64,000 nucleotides of DNA from Candidatus Latescibacterota bacterium. GTDB taxonomy: Bacteria > Latescibacterota > UBA2968. Made by a program: the position numbers and the translations under genes. Where the stretch lies: positions 4,416,001-4,480,000 of the forward strand of contig OZ242311.1 in assembly GCA_965207885.1 (NCBI GenBank), in the 5' to 3' direction. This document shows, piece after piece, positions 9,489 through 20,260 of this stretch; the first letter of the stretch is position 1; each line of letters begins with the position of its first letter. The notes under the pieces are model-generated. The model did not search any database. It was not told where the DNA came from and worked only from the letters and a program-made list of their open reading frames with translations.

Positions 9489-10952
9489 CCGCACAAACCG
9501 GAACGAGTACAGCTTTGCCGACCGCATCACGACGCGAAGCCGCAGCGGTCCTCGATCCGTGGGGATCCGGCGGCCAGCCCCCTGCCACGACACGCCTGCC
9601 TTGATTGCATTGGCGACAATCGTCTCGCACGTCTTCAGCGTGTAGCCTTCCACGGGGCGCCCCTCTTCGTCCTGCAGTTCGACCAGCAACCAGCCGCCCC
9701 CGCCACAATCCACATTCAATTCGAGCGCCTGGCCGTCGAACGCCAGCGGCGGTGTCACAAACTCTCCGCCAGAGAGAGACGCATCCGCCGAGATAAAACC
9801 ATCCCGCCTCAGGATCGCCCGGAACAGACCGGTGTTCCAACCGTCGCGCACCTCATCATTGTGCCGACTTCCCCTCCCCGAATAGTAGATCCACATCTCG
9901 GTCTCGGTAAGCACGGGCCAGACATTGGCCATCACCATACCACCCGATGGTCCCCCATCCAGCCCCCGGCGGATAAACGGCTCCCGGTCTCCCTGACGCG
10001 ACCATATGATCCCGTCACGGCTCGTGAGGAGCCGGACATCCATTGTGGCCGGGAAATCAGAGGCTTCCCAGTGGTAGTAAGCGGCGGGCATCATAAAGTA
10101 CGCATCATCCGCCTCGGGATGTTTGTAAACCGCGTTCGTGTAGTAGTCAACCTGCGGCCTGTCCATTGACCGGGGAGGCAGAGGGGCTTCCAGGTCCAGC
10201 GCATCTCCCTCCAGAACGATCAGCGTGGGCTGCGACCAGGTCTTAAAGTCGGGCGACGTGATCCGGCCAACGGACCGGTACCGCTTTCCGAGCTTCATTT
10301 CCGCCGCCTCGTCCCGTCGCTGGGTCTCGTGTACCCGCGTATAGCCGACGTAGAGGTCCAGGCTGTCATCCCAGAAAAAAACATTTTGAGTGTCGCACAT
10401 CTGGTTGGGCGGATTCGGCTGGCCCTCATCATACGTCCAATGGATCCCGTCGGGCGAATGCATGGCCCAAAGCCCCGGCAGAACACCGGCCTCGATCTCA
10501 TCATCCCTGGGATAGTACTTCGACCAGAGCCGGTAGCGCGAATCGGCGGGCGCGCGTTCGTCTATATAAACCGTCGCGCCCTGCATACTCTGACGCTCAT
10601 CCAGCGGGGCGACGATGTTGTTGGCGGTGCTACCCTGGAACGTGACGAGGTGCATCTCCGGCTTCTGCCAGGAGACCCCGTCTTCGGACTCCGCATAGCA
10701 GAGACGAACCGCCCCTTCCTGCGGACCTCCCGATTTCATCTGTGCGCCGTACCAGAGCCGGAAGTGCCGCTCCCCTTCCCGGATCACCGTGTTGTACGCC
10801 CCAATCCCGAGCTTCTCCCACGGCTTGTCCGCCCGGAGCACCGGCTCGGGGGACTGCAAAGGCGGATTCATACGGAGATTGACACCAGAGACTCGATCAA
10901 AGAAGCGCGCGTCAATGAAAAGCTGTTTCCGGCTCCCAACCTGGACGGCCAT
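9468..10952 (-). CDS. beta-propeller glycoside hydrolase-like protein (GH32/43/130-like fold) with C-terminal beta domain
   Basis: RKQLFID, CYAESEDGVSWQKP, SPDGIHW, SRDGIIW repeats, LRRDGF; ATG 10952 after AGGAAGGAG. Confidence 0.7.
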   Translation of the reverse strand: MAVQVGSRKQLFIDARFFDRVSGVNLRMNPPLQSPEPVLRADKPWEKLGIGAYNTVIREGERHFRLWYGAQMKSGGPQEGAVRLCYAESEDGVSWQKPEMHLVTFQGSTANNIVAPLDERQSMQGATVYIDERAPADSRYRLWSKYYPRDDEIEAGVLPGLWAMHSPDGIHWTYDEGQPNPPNQMCDTQNVFFWDDSLDLYVGYTRVHETQRRDEAAEMKLGKRYRSVGRITSPDFKTWSQPTLIVLEGDALDLEAPLPPRSMDRPQVDYYTNAVYKHPEADDAYFMMPAAYYHWEASDFPATMDVRLLTSRDGIIWSRQGDREPFIRRGLDGGPSGGMVMANVWPVLTETEMWIYYSGRGSRHNDEVRDGWNTGLFRAILRRDGFISADASLSGGEFVTPPLAFDGQALELNVDCGGGGWLLVELQDEEGRPVEGYTLKTCETIVANAIKAGVSWQGAGRRIPTDRGPLRLRVVMRSAKLYSFRFVRKEEQTA

Positions 10953-11016
10953 GAGATACTCCTTCCTATTGTCGATGCCAACTACAAAAAGTTTGCCTGA
11001 TCCATCCTGTACATCC

Positions 11017-11964
11017 CTACTCACACGCAAGAGCGGCCAACAAAGCTTTGATATACCCGACTGAGTAGGCGAGCGCATGGGTATTGCCAGCAGGCCCATC
11101 TCCTTCAAGCGTCGGATAGTGATCGGGATTCAGACAGCCGTCGTAACCCACCCGCTTCAGTTCGCGCAGGATCTTGAACATGTTCATGTCCCCATCGTCG
11201 AGCAGGACCTCTTCGAACGCACCGGCAGTTGCAAAGCTCGCCCGTACATTTCGAAAGTGAACCTCGAAGAGACGTCCCTTTCGCCCGTAGTTGTGAATCT
11301 CGTCCAGGACGAGTGGGAGTCCTCCAGCCTCCGCGCGTGTCCCACAACAGTAGAGGTAACCGACACACGGGTTCGGAAAGGCATCGATCACCCGGTGGAA
11401 TCCCAGCCCGCCGAAGAGCGCATCCTGCGTCGGCGGATCGGAGGGATGCATCATCAGTCTGACGCCTGCGGCTTCCGCGACGGGTACGAGCCGTTCGTAA
11501 GCCGCACAGACACGTCCCCACCGCTGCTCCCGCACTGCTATGGCCGGCGGCTCGTCCCCTTCTGCGAGTGACAGACTATCCCCTCGAGCCAGGTATCCGC
11601 CACGGTGCGATGCCCGATAGTGTCCAATCATCCAGGGATCTGTGGAATAGTCGAAGTGCACCCGTCCGAGAGGATAGCCTGCTTCGCCAAGGACCTGGAC
11701 GGACTCGCACGCGACATCGAGCTCTTCCTCAGCCCCATCCTCTTCGTCCATGAACCGCTTCGATAGACCGGGCAAACTGATGCGATTCACCTGCAGACCC
11801 CAGGAATGAACCTGTTTCTTCATTTTCAGTGCCTCGTCCAGATCGAAAACGCCACGGTCATCGGTCGGCAATGGCAGGGCATCAACGCAATCGACGCCCA
11901 GCTGGGTTAGCTGGCGCAACGTCGCGTCGGACGGGTCTTGACACCAGGCAGCTACTTTGATCAT
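11017..11964 (-). CDS. uxuA: mannonate dehydratase family protein
   Basis: HPSDPP, VHFRNV, DGDMNM, PDHYP, AYSVGYIKALL. Confidence 0.8.
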   Translation of the reverse strand: MIKVAAWCQDPSDATLRQLTQLGVDCVDALPLPTDDRGVFDLDEALKMKKQVHSWGLQVNRISLPGLSKRFMDEEDGAEEELDVACESVQVLGEAGYPLGRVHFDYSTDPWMIGHYRASHRGGYLARGDSLSLAEGDEPPAIAVREQRWGRVCAAYERLVPVAEAAGVRLMMHPSDPPTQDALFGGLGFHRVIDAFPNPCVGYLYCCGTRAEAGGLPLVLDEIHNYGRKGRLFEVHFRNVRASFATAGAFEEVLLDDGDMNMFKILRELKRVGYDGCLNPDHYPTLEGDGPAGNTHALAYSVGYIKALLAALACE

Positions 11965-12029
11965 GGGGAACCTCCAGGAAAAGAAGATGAACCAGGAACA
12001 GCGAGGAAAAAACGAATGTGGATGAAGCG

Positions 12030-12875
12030 CTACCCTCCTTCTGGATGGCGGCCGCCGAGCAATTGAAGCAGGCGATCGCTGGCAGACACCCGCGCATCTT
12101 CGGGAATGGGCACCCGGTTCATCCATCCAAACCGCCGGAACGCCCAGTCAACCGCGTACTGAGATTGCATCAGGTACCGCGTGCGATCGGACCTGTTCGG
12201 CGCCCCCCGGTGCCAGCACTGCGGATCCTGCACATAGATGTCTCCTGCCTTGCAGAAAACGGATACGGGACCTTGCCCCTCGAACTCTGGATTCTCCTGA
12301 CTGTTCGGATCCTTGCCCGAAAGGTGACTTCCGGGGACGTACTGTGTGGGCCCGTGTTCGATCCGCTCGATATCACTCAGCGCCATTTGCACGGTAATCC
12401 AGAGCACTGGCGGCCGAATCCGGGGATTGTGACGGGGCACACTCTCCGGGACGGGGAAGTGGACCGCACCATCCACGTGCCACCTTTCGATCGCCACGCC
12501 GGACTGGTTTCGCAGCACGTTCTGTCCACAGAACCGGCAATTGGGTCCGACGATCGCCTCAGCGAGGCTCAGGATCGGTTCCCGAAGAAGCATCTCCCTG
12601 AAAATTCCGTCCAGCGCGATCGTGTTTCGCAGGATAAAAGGTTGATCCCCCTCGCCGTGCATTTGCACGTAGCGGCGGTCGTGCAAGCCGAGGTCTTCCT
12701 CTTCCGCAAGCAGGGGATCGTCGAGAAGCGCATCCGTTCGGTCTCGCAGCGCCTGCATTTCACCTGCTTCGAGCACACCGGGGATATGCGCGAAACCGTC
12801 TCTGTGGAATCGGTCGATGATCTCCCGGGTGGTCTCTTCTCCGAAAGGCTCGCCGGATTGGATCGGACTCGACAA
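12030..12875 (-). CDS. phytanoyl-CoA dioxygenase (PhyH) family 2OG-Fe(II) oxygenase
   Basis: FHRDGF, WHVD, GPTQYVPGSH, WHRG..N.S..R. Confidence 0.9.
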   Translation of the reverse strand: MSSPIQSGEPFGEETTREIIDRFHRDGFAHIPGVLEAGEMQALRDRTDALLDDPLLAEEEDLGLHDRRYVQMHGEGDQPFILRNTIALDGIFREMLLREPILSLAEAIVGPNCRFCGQNVLRNQSGVAIERWHVDGAVHFPVPESVPRHNPRIRPPVLWITVQMALSDIERIEHGPTQYVPGSHLSGKDPNSQENPEFEGQGPVSVFCKAGDIYVQDPQCWHRGAPNRSDRTRYLMQSQYAVDWAFRRFGWMNRVPIPEDARVSASDRLLQLLGGRHPEGG

Positions 12876-12936
12876 TGGAATCCTCCTTGAGATGGTCCGG
12901 AAGGACGTTAGAACACCTCTCTAATGTATCATCAAA

Positions 12937-12982
12937 AAAATAGCGACTCCAAAAACTCACGTCAAGCCGTTTGATCTTCTTT
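12937..12982. repeat. direct repeat, right copy, containing a putative promoter for the cassette
   Basis: - strand TTGACG-17-TATTTT; 22/29 identical to the trpS promoter. Confidence 0.8.
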
Positions 12983-13384
12983 TTTCTCTACTACGCGCTC
13001 CCCATAAGACAATTCACACGTCCCCGTATCGCACGCCACGCGACCTGAAAGGTGGCGATATCGCGCAATCAGCGCATATCCCGCCCGAAAAACGAGATGC
13101 AAAACCGGCACGCGGTACAACCAGGCAAACAGATGGAAAGGCGGCAGCCTGCGATAGATTTGATACACGGCATCCGCACCCACGTAAATATCCTCTTTTC
13201 CCACCACCAGACGCATACCCGTATTGAAATCCGACGACGCCAGCTTTGGAAAATGGTCTTCAATCCCCTGCGTCTGCCTGGGCAAATAATCAAACTGACT
13301 GCGTTTGTCTTTCTTTTTCATACGGCGAACGCTCCAAATACAAAAACGACATTCGCCATCATATACAACAATCGGTTTTTCCAT
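12962..13384 (-). CDS. DCC1-like thiol-disulfide oxidoreductase (DUF393)
   Basis: YDGECRFC motif; Y..IARYRH; GGAGG RBS. Confidence 0.88.
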   Translation of the reverse strand: MEKPIVVYDGECRFCIWSVRRMKKKDKRSQFDYLPRQTQGIEDHFPKLASSDFNTGMRLVVGKEDIYVGADAVYQIYRRLPPFHLFAWLYRVPVLHLVFRAGYALIARYRHLSGRVACDTGTCELSYGERVVEKKEDQTA

Positions 13385-13403
13385 CACGCCTCCGCGAAAA
13401 AAC

Positions 13404-14594
13404 CTAACTCCTCGGATAAAACACATCCACCAGAGTCTCCACATCATCCCATGCACACAAAAATCGCTCTTCAAATCCGCGATGGATATTGTGCTCAACC
13501 TCTGTCTCGTCGGGCAGCGGGAACACAATCGTCTCTCGATCGGCCTCAATTGACGCATTCACCGCCAGACTCATCTCCTGATCCAACCGCCCCATCGCAG
13601 CACCGTAATCCGGCTCGCGATCTTCTCGAACAGCATTGGCAATACTCAACAACTCATCTGCCACAGCCACTTGCCCTTCACTCAGCGCATAGTTTGCAAA
13701 TGGATTCTCCCACGCAATCGCACCGCCGGGCAACTCATAGCGAATCTCGCGCAACACATTTACCCCATCTACTGTTTCCGTCACGCGCACGGGTTCATAA
13801 GCCACACCCTGTGCGCCGGTTTCCAATTCGTCCTTTGGCACAACATACACATTGCCATCCACAATGCTGCCCGCTGTCCCGTCAATCTCATCCATACCCG
13901 CTTGCTTGCGCCCGAGTGAACGCGCGTGAATCACATTGGAATACACCATCAGCGCGGCCACATCATTATCAAATTCCAAAAAACTCAAACTCCATCTTTC
14001 CAACTCGTGATGCCGCTTCATGCGATCTATATGCGGAATCACGGGCGTTGTATGGCTCAACCCAATCACCTGCCTGGGATTGCCACCGGCCAACACGCGC
14101 AACAAACTCATCCCGTGATACCCACCCTCGTGGCATATCCGATAGATCCGTCCAATCTCTCCGATAACATCTGATACGAGTACCTTCTTCTTTAACCGCT
14201 CAATCGGCGCGCGATAATAATTCTCGGCGACCTCCAGATAAACGCCCGCATCTCGCGCAGCTCGAATCATCATATCTGATGCCGGTCGAGTCATAGCAAT
14301 GGGGGTCTCCACAACCTGATGCACACCTGCTTGCGCCAAAAAACAGCAAATCGCATGGTGTGCCACACCTGGCACTACCACATCGGCAACATCGATATCT
14401 TCATTATCGACCAGGTCCCGCACACTCGTATAAGCCTTTACCCCGTGTTCTGCTGCCAAACTCTGGGCTGTTTCCTCATCCTTATCGCAAATGGCGACAA
14501 AGTCAAAAACATCTGCCAACTGCACAATCACAGGCAAATGCGCCCCTGCGCCGCGCCGCCCGGCACCCACAAGTGCAATTTTGAGACGATCCAT
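13404..14594 (-). CDS. Gfo/Idh/MocA family oxidoreductase
   Basis: IALVGAGRRG Rossmann fold, VETPIA (EKP variant), VAENY. Confidence 0.85.
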   Translation of the reverse strand: MDRLKIALVGAGRRGAGAHLPVIVQLADVFDFVAICDKDEETAQSLAAEHGVKAYTSVRDLVDNEDIDVADVVVPGVAHHAICCFLAQAGVHQVVETPIAMTRPASDMMIRAARDAGVYLEVAENYYRAPIERLKKKVLVSDVIGEIGRIYRICHEGGYHGMSLLRVLAGGNPRQVIGLSHTTPVIPHIDRMKRHHELERWSLSFLEFDNDVAALMVYSNVIHARSLGRKQAGMDEIDGTAGSIVDGNVYVVPKDELETGAQGVAYEPVRVTETVDGVNVLREIRYELPGGAIAWENPFANYALSEGQVAVADELLSIANAVREDREPDYGAAMGRLDQEMSLAVNASIEADRETIVFPLPDETEVEHNIHRGFEERFLCAWDDVETLVDVFYPRS

Positions 14595-14726
14595 AACATC
14601 CCTCCAATAGAAATGGTGTTTTCGCCATTCTGCCAATGGTCTAACATCAATCTGCTTGCGGAATTTTTATCTTAACCTATCTTTGCGATAAATCAAACAA
14701 TAATCAACACAAAAGAGGAGCAGGTC

Positions 14727-15143
14727 ATGTCGCAAAACAAAACCATTGGGGGTGGGGGCTTTCACCATGTTGCAATTCGCGCCCACGACTTTGAAGCATC
14801 CGTAAAATTTTATACTGAAGCGATGGGATTTCAAAAAAAAATCTCCTGGGGTGAAGGCAAAAGACGCGCCATCATGCTCGACACTGGGGATGGAAATTAC
14901 CTCGAAATTTTCGCCAATGGCACAGATGAACCCAAACCGGAAGGGTCCATCATCCACTTTGCTCTGCGCACCAGCGATTGCGACGCCGCCATTGAACGCG
15001 CCAGAGCAGCCGGGGCCGAAGTCACCATAGAACCCAAAAGCCTCGAAATCCCCAGCGAACCCCACAAAACCCCTGTACGCATCGCCTTTTGCAAAGGTCC
15101 CGACGGCGAAATCATCGAATTTTTTCAAAACGAATTGACTTGA
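14727..15143 (+). CDS. VOC/glyoxalase family protein
   Basis: FHHVAI..FY...GF, HFAL, GPDGEIIEF. Confidence 0.9.
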   Translation: MSQNKTIGGGGFHHVAIRAHDFEASVKFYTEAMGFQKKISWGEGKRRAIMLDTGDGNYLEIFANGTDEPKPEGSIIHFALRTSDCDAAIERARAAGAEVTIEPKSLEIPSEPHKTPVRIAFCKGPDGEIIEFFQNELT

Positions 15144-15231
15144 TCGATTGTCTGAGGAACCTCGCTTTGTCCCCAAACGTCTTACACGGGACATCACAGC
15201 CATTTACACCTGCCGGGGAAAAGGAAAAATC

Positions 15232-15654
15232 ATGAACAAAATTATACCTGTTTTGTGTCTGATATTCGCAATCGCCGCATGCGGTGACGACAATCCTGCC
15301 GATTCGGGCCAACCCGTCGTCAATCAAACATTTAATCTGCCGAGCGGAACAAGTGAAGACTTTAGCTTTACCATTGACACAGATATACAGCAAAACGTCA
15401 TTCTTCAAGGCGAATTTAGCGTTGAAAATGGCAGTGTTCAGATGGCTGTTGTGACCGAATCCGAGTATCAAATCTGGCGAGCAGGGAGCACGCCCACCGT
15501 GATTTATAGCACGGACATAGTATCTGAAGATACCTTTAGCTTTTCCATTGATGACAGTGACACCTACTACATCGTTTTTCTCAACAATGGACCAGATACC
15601 GTAACAGTCAACGCAGAAATTTTCCTGCTCAGTACCGCTGAACAAGAGATTTAG
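15232..15654 (+). CDS. hypothetical lipoprotein
   Basis: Signal + lipobox IAAC; acidic beta-rich domain. Confidence 0.7.
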   Translation: MNKIIPVLCLIFAIAACGDDNPADSGQPVVNQTFNLPSGTSEDFSFTIDTDIQQNVILQGEFSVENGSVQMAVVTESEYQIWRAGSTPTVIYSTDIVSEDTFSFSIDDSDTYYIVFLNNGPDTVTVNAEIFLLSTAEQEI

Positions 15655-15729
15655 ACTACCCCCAAAAATGCCCGTCTGTGCTTATCAGATATGCGGTGCC
15701 TGAAACGCATATCTATCCCAATTTTCCGA

Positions 15730-15758
15730 TTGACGAGACAAGAAGAACAAGTTATAAT
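15730..15758 (+). promoter_or_regulatory. sigma70 promoter of frd operon
   Basis: TTGACG-17-TATAAT. Confidence 0.7.
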
Positions 15759-15798
15759 TACTCCTATTCATTATCAATCACAGTTAAACGAGGTATTT

Positions 15799-17505
15799 AT
15801 GAACATCCCCAAACACGATGTGCTCTTAGTAGGTGGAGGGGGTGCAGGCCTGCGTGCTGCAATCGCCGCATCTGAAACATATCAAGGCGCAGATATTGGC
15901 GTAGTCTCCAAAGTCTATCCCATGCGAAGTCACACCGTTTCTGCCGAAGGTGGCACGGCTGCGGTCCTGCGAGAAGACGACAATCTGGATTTGCATGCTT
16001 ATGACACCATCAAAGGCAGCGACTACCTCGGCGATCAGGATGTGGTAGAAGCCTTTGTCAAAGAAGCCGTTGATGAAGTCATCCAATTAGAACACTGGGG
16101 GTGCCCCTGGAGCCGCGACGAAGACGGTCGCGTAAGCGTTCGCGCATTTGGTGGCATGAGTGTTAAACGCACGCTCTATGCCGCCGACAAAACCGGCTTC
16201 CACATGCTGCACGCCCTCTTTCAAACCTCTCTCAAATACGATGCCATTACCCGATACGACGAATGGTTTGTCACCTCTTTACTCGTCGAAGATGGCAGGG
16301 TATGCGGCGTCACGGCTCTCAACATCCGATCCGGCAACATTCACGCCATTGGCGCAAAATCCGTTATTATATGCACGGGTGGCGCGGGCAAAATTTTTCC
16401 ATTTACCACCAATGCCGCCATCAAAAACGGCGACGGAATGGCTCTGGCCTACCGCATTGGCTGTCCTCTAAAAGACCTCGAATTTGTACAATATCACCCC
16501 ACGGGCTTGCCCGGCACGGGAATCTTAATGACCGAAGCCTCGCGCGGCGAAGGCGGCCACCTCGTCAACAGCCAGGGCGAACGCTACCTCAGTGAATATG
16601 TACCCGGCAAAATGGAACTCGGTCCGCGCGACATCTTATCTCGCTCCTTTATTCACGAACAGCACAAGGGCAACGTCTTTGAAGGTCCCGATGGCAGCTA
16701 TGTACACCTCGACCTTCGGCACTTGGGTGAAAAAATCATTGACGAAAGACTGCCCTTCGTACGCGAACTCACCCGCAATTACGTCGGCATTGATCCGGTC
16801 CACGAACCCATTCCCGTGCGTCCGGTCGTCCACTACTGCATGGGCGGTGTGCATACCGACATCGATGGCGCAACACCCATCCCCGGTCTTTATGCCGCAG
16901 GCGAAGCGGCTTGTGTCAGCCTCAATGGAGCCAATCGCCTGGGATCCAACTCACTGAGCGAATGCCTCGTCTTTGGCGCACGCGCAGGCCAGGTAGCCGC
17001 GCAACACGCCACCGACACCGACTTTGCAGATTCGGCCTCAATGGCCAAAATGGCGCAAGACGAACAAAAACGCATTGAAACCCAATTCTTTGGCGACAAC
17101 GGCAAAGAGCGCGTGGCCAATATCCGCGATGACCTCCGCAAAACCATGGAAGAAGGCGCGGGCATCTTCCGAACCGAAGACGCGCTCCAAACCACATGTG
17201 ACACCATTCGCACCCTCAAAGAACGCTATGAAAATATCGGCATAGACGACCACTCGCGCGTCTTCAATACCGAACTCGTCAACGCCCTCGAACTGGGTTA
17301 CATGCTCGACGTCGCCGAAGGGCTCGCACATTCAGCCCTCTTGCGACGCGAATCTCGAGGCTCTCACGCGCGATCAGACTATGAAGAGCGCGACGACGAA
17401 AACTTCCTCAAACACTCTCTGGCTTATCAAACCGAGGGCGACCCCCGCATCGAGTACCTGCCCGTAACACTCACGCGCTGGGAACCCGAAGAACGAACCT
17501 ATTAA
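15799..17505 (+). CDS. frdA: fumarate reductase/succinate dehydrogenase flavoprotein
   Basis: [16 protein letters not shown] (covalent FAD His), [22 protein letters not shown]. Confidence 0.93.
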   Translation: MNIPKHDVLLVGGGGAGLRAAIAASETYQGADIGVVSKVYPMRSHTVSAEGGTAAVLREDDNLDLHAYDTIKGSDYLGDQDVVEAFVKEAVDEVIQLEHWGCPWSRDEDGRVSVRAFGGMSVKRTLYAADKTGFHMLHALFQTSLKYDAITRYDEWFVTSLLVEDGRVCGVTALNIRSGNIHAIGAKSVIICTGGAGKIFPFTTNAAIKNGDGMALAYRIGCPLKDLEFVQYHPTGLPGTGILMTEASRGEGGHLVNSQGERYLSEYVPGKMELGPRDILSRSFIHEQHKGNVFEGPDGSYVHLDLRHLGEKIIDERLPFVRELTRNYVGIDPVHEPIPVRPVVHYCMGGVHTDIDGATPIPGLYAAGEAACVSLNGANRLGSNSLSECLVFGARAGQVAAQHATDTDFADSASMAKMAQDEQKRIETQFFGDNGKERVANIRDDLRKTMEEGAGIFRTEDALQTTCDTIRTLKERYENIGIDDHSRVFNTELVNALELGYMLDVAEGLAHSALLRRESRGSHARSDYEERDDENFLKHSLAYQTEGDPRIEYLPVTLTRWEPEERTY

Positions 17506-17515
17506 AGGAAAATTT

Positions 17516-18268
17516 ATGAGCGATCTCAGAACCATAAAAATCACGGTATTGCGCTATCGTCCCGAAGAAGAGGACGAGCCAACCGAACAGACTTACGAAG
17601 TTGAATTTCGCGACGACTGGGTCGTTCTCGACGCGCTCAACCACATCAAAGACCACATCGACGGCACGCTTTCATTCCGCTGGTCTTGTCGGATGGGCGT
17701 ATGCGGCAGTTGCGGCATGATGGTCAATGGCGAACCCAAACTCACCTGTGCCGCGATGTTGCGCGACTATTATCCCAACGAAGTGCGCGTGGACCCCCTG
17801 GTCAACTTCCCCATTGTGCGCGATCTCGTCACTGACATGACCGACTTTATGGACAAACTCAAAGCGGTCAAACCCTGGATCATTCGAGAAGAAGAAAAAC
17901 CCGTATCCGAAGGAGAATATCTCCAGACACCGGATCAGCTCAAAGATTACAAGCAATTCAGCCAGTGCATCAACTGCATGCTCTGTTACGCGGCCTGTCC
18001 AGTCTATGGCCTCGAACACGACTTCGTCGGTCCGGCCGCAATTGCCCTGGGCCACCGCTACAACCTCGATTCCCGAGATGAAGGCAATCAACAGCGTCAA
18101 CACGTCATTGCCAGCAAAGAAGGCATCTGGGAATGCACGTATATCGGTGAATGCTCCGTCGTTTGTCCCAAACACGTCGATCCCGCAGAAGCCATTCAAC
18201 AGACCAAAGTGGCAACCACAACCAACCGCGTCAAATCGCTTGTCATGCCCTGGGGAAAGAAAACATGA
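17516..18268 (+). CDS. frdB: fumarate reductase iron-sulfur subunit
   Basis: [34 protein letters not shown]. Confidence 0.93.
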   Translation: MSDLRTIKITVLRYRPEEEDEPTEQTYEVEFRDDWVVLDALNHIKDHIDGTLSFRWSCRMGVCGSCGMMVNGEPKLTCAAMLRDYYPNEVRVDPLVNFPIVRDLVTDMTDFMDKLKAVKPWIIREEEKPVSEGEYLQTPDQLKDYKQFSQCINCMLCYAACPVYGLEHDFVGPAAIALGHRYNLDSRDEGNQQRQHVIASKEGIWECTYIGECSVVCPKHVDPAEAIQQTKVATTTNRVKSLVMPWGKKT

Positions 18269-18699
18269 TGCTCGACTCCGAAACGACCAAAACCTATACG
18301 CGCCCCATATCCAAAGCCTGGTGGCTACGCGACCGCGGACATTTTAATCGCAGATATTTCATGTTCTTGCTTCGCGAACTCACAAGCGTATTCGTCGCCC
18401 TGTACGTCGTGCTCTTTATCTACGAAATTTTTCTCCTGACAAAAGGGCCAGACGCACACGCAGCCTTCCGCGAATCCCTGAGTTCAGGTCCCTGGATCGC
18501 ATTTCACGTCATCGCCCTGCTCTTCGCCCTGTACCACAGCTGGACCTGGTTGGGGCTAACGACCAAAATGCAAGCAGCTGGACGTGGCCTCGTCAAAATT
18601 GGCACAAAGACCCTGCCACCCATCTTTATTGCACTGGGGTCTTACGGCGCCTGGATAGTTGCAACAATCGTCATCGCCTACCTATTCCTAACTCTATAG
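18265..18699 (+). CDS. frdC: fumarate reductase subunit C
   Basis: Y.RP...WW, RELTS, 3 TM helices, operon position. Confidence 0.85.
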   Translation: MMLDSETTKTYTRPISKAWWLRDRGHFNRRYFMFLLRELTSVFVALYVVLFIYEIFLLTKGPDAHAAFRESLSSGPWIAFHVIALLFALYHSWTWLGLTTKMQAAGRGLVKIGTKTLPPIFIALGSYGAWIVATIVIAYLFLTL

Positions 18700-18714
18700 A
18701 CCGAGGATATCGCC

Positions 18715-19077
18715 GTGAATTACAAAGAACACAAAAGCGAACCCTTCTGGTGGGGCATGTTCTCGCAAGGCGGTGTTATTGCCGCACTCCTCATACCCAT
18801 CCACATTTTCCTAGGCGGCATCGCCGTACATTTGGGACTTATAGACGCCGACCTCATGTCACATGAACGTCTGACCGGACTGCTCCAAAATCCGTTAGTC
18901 AAACTCTATCTCTGTGTCCTGCTCATCTTCCCCCTCTACCACGCGGCTCACCGAATCCGCTTCACCCTCGCTGAAATCGGATTGCACAGTCTCGCCAAAG
19001 TCCTGCCCTTTCTCTGTTATGGCGGCGCATTGGTAGGCACAGTGGTAGTCCTCTACATCTTGTGGGTATTGCTCTAA
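18715..19077 (+). CDS. frdD: fumarate reductase subunit D
   Basis: EPFWWGMFSQGG, HAAHRI, operon position. Confidence 0.88.
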   Translation: MNYKEHKSEPFWWGMFSQGGVIAALLIPIHIFLGGIAVHLGLIDADLMSHERLTGLLQNPLVKLYLCVLLIFPLYHAAHRIRFTLAEIGLHSLAKVLPFLCYGGALVGTVVVLYILWVLL

Positions 19078-19091
19078 GCCATCTCAACAAA

Positions 19092-19142
19092 AAAACAAAA
19101 GCTCGGATGATTCTGAAGAAGTTCATCCGAGCTTTTGTTTTG
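19092..19142. terminator. bidirectional intrinsic terminator
   Basis: AAAACAAAAGCTCGGATGA / TCATCCGAGCTTTTGTTTT inverted repeat between convergent genes. Confidence 0.75.
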
Positions 19143-19159
19143 CGACAAAAAACCAATTT

Positions 19160-20233
19160 CTATTTTGTCTTCTTTATCCTTCTAACCTTCCTGACCTTTC
19201 TAATGATCCCACCTTGCTCATCACAATCTAATAGAGACTCCAACCGCCCCGCAACGCGCTCTCCCATCTCGATCATCCCGTGATCCCCTGGATGAATCAG
19301 ATCCACCGTCAACCCACCGATATTGCTCAACATTTCTGTTCCCTCAATCAAATGTGCATTTTCGTGGGGACAACCATCCACCGCATCTCGCAACGCTTGC
19401 CTGAAAGCCGCCGTCCTTTCGCGTTCTTCGGCATCGCCACAAAATTCTCTAAAATGCGGATAAATCGTAATACACCCCACGGGCCGGTCGGGATTTGCAC
19501 CTGCAACCGCATTTACCATATACGTCACGCGCTCGGAAAATTCCGACAGAGAAAATCCCGCACCCATCATATTGACCGACAAAGCCAGCGTCGCCACATC
19601 CCAATCGTCGCGCGCGGCAATATAATCTGCCAATTCGCGTTCGCAATAAGCCGATCCCCCCACGCCCAAATTGATCAAATCCGCTCCCAAACGCCACGCC
19701 ACCTGACTCACATAGGTCAAATGCATCGCCGTAGCCGACGCGCCGTGTGTAATCGACGTGCCATAGCTCAAATACCGCCGCTTTGGCAATTCGTCAGCCG
19801 TGGGCGGGCGAAGCCCGTCGCCCTCGATACTGTGATAGTGCAAACTGGTATTTCTCAGGATCAACCGCCATACATTGTGCGAAAAAGGCAAATCCCTCAC
19901 CGCTTCAGATTCAATCGTCTTTAATCTTGCAGGATAAGTCAATTCCAGCGTCCTTGGCTCTTTCCCAATTTGAAAACGCTCTTTCTCTTGAAAAGGGCCA
20001 AAAAACGGAATCACTTCAGCCGATCCGCCCGGGCTGGACAGCGTCACATTGACCTTATTGCCCGCGCTCACAAAACGGATCTCCGACCCCGCCGGACTCA
20101 ACATGCGTTCCTGGGCACCCGCATTCAAACACAACCGCACATCTTCGGGCACACGCTGTACCCGAAGTCCATCTCTCCCCTCAACTTCTCGCAATTCAGC
20201 TACATTGTGAAATTCGACATTGTCGTGAATCAT
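19160..20233 (-). CDS. SGNH/GDSL hydrolase
   Basis: YGTSITHG, NLGVGG, DLIHP. Confidence 0.88.
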   Translation of the reverse strand: MIHDNVEFHNVAELREVEGRDGLRVQRVPEDVRLCLNAGAQERMLSPAGSEIRFVSAGNKVNVTLSSPGGSAEVIPFFGPFQEKERFQIGKEPRTLELTYPARLKTIESEAVRDLPFSHNVWRLILRNTSLHYHSIEGDGLRPPTADELPKRRYLSYGTSITHGASATAMHLTYVSQVAWRLGADLINLGVGGSAYCERELADYIAARDDWDVATLALSVNMMGAGFSLSEFSERVTYMVNAVAGANPDRPVGCITIYPHFREFCGDAEERERTAAFRQALRDAVDGCPHENAHLIEGTEMLSNIGGLTVDLIHPGDHGMIEMGERVAGRLESLLDCDEQGGIIRKVRKVRRIKKTK

Positions 20234-20260
20234 AAAAAAACTCCTGTTTTGCGTTAAGAT

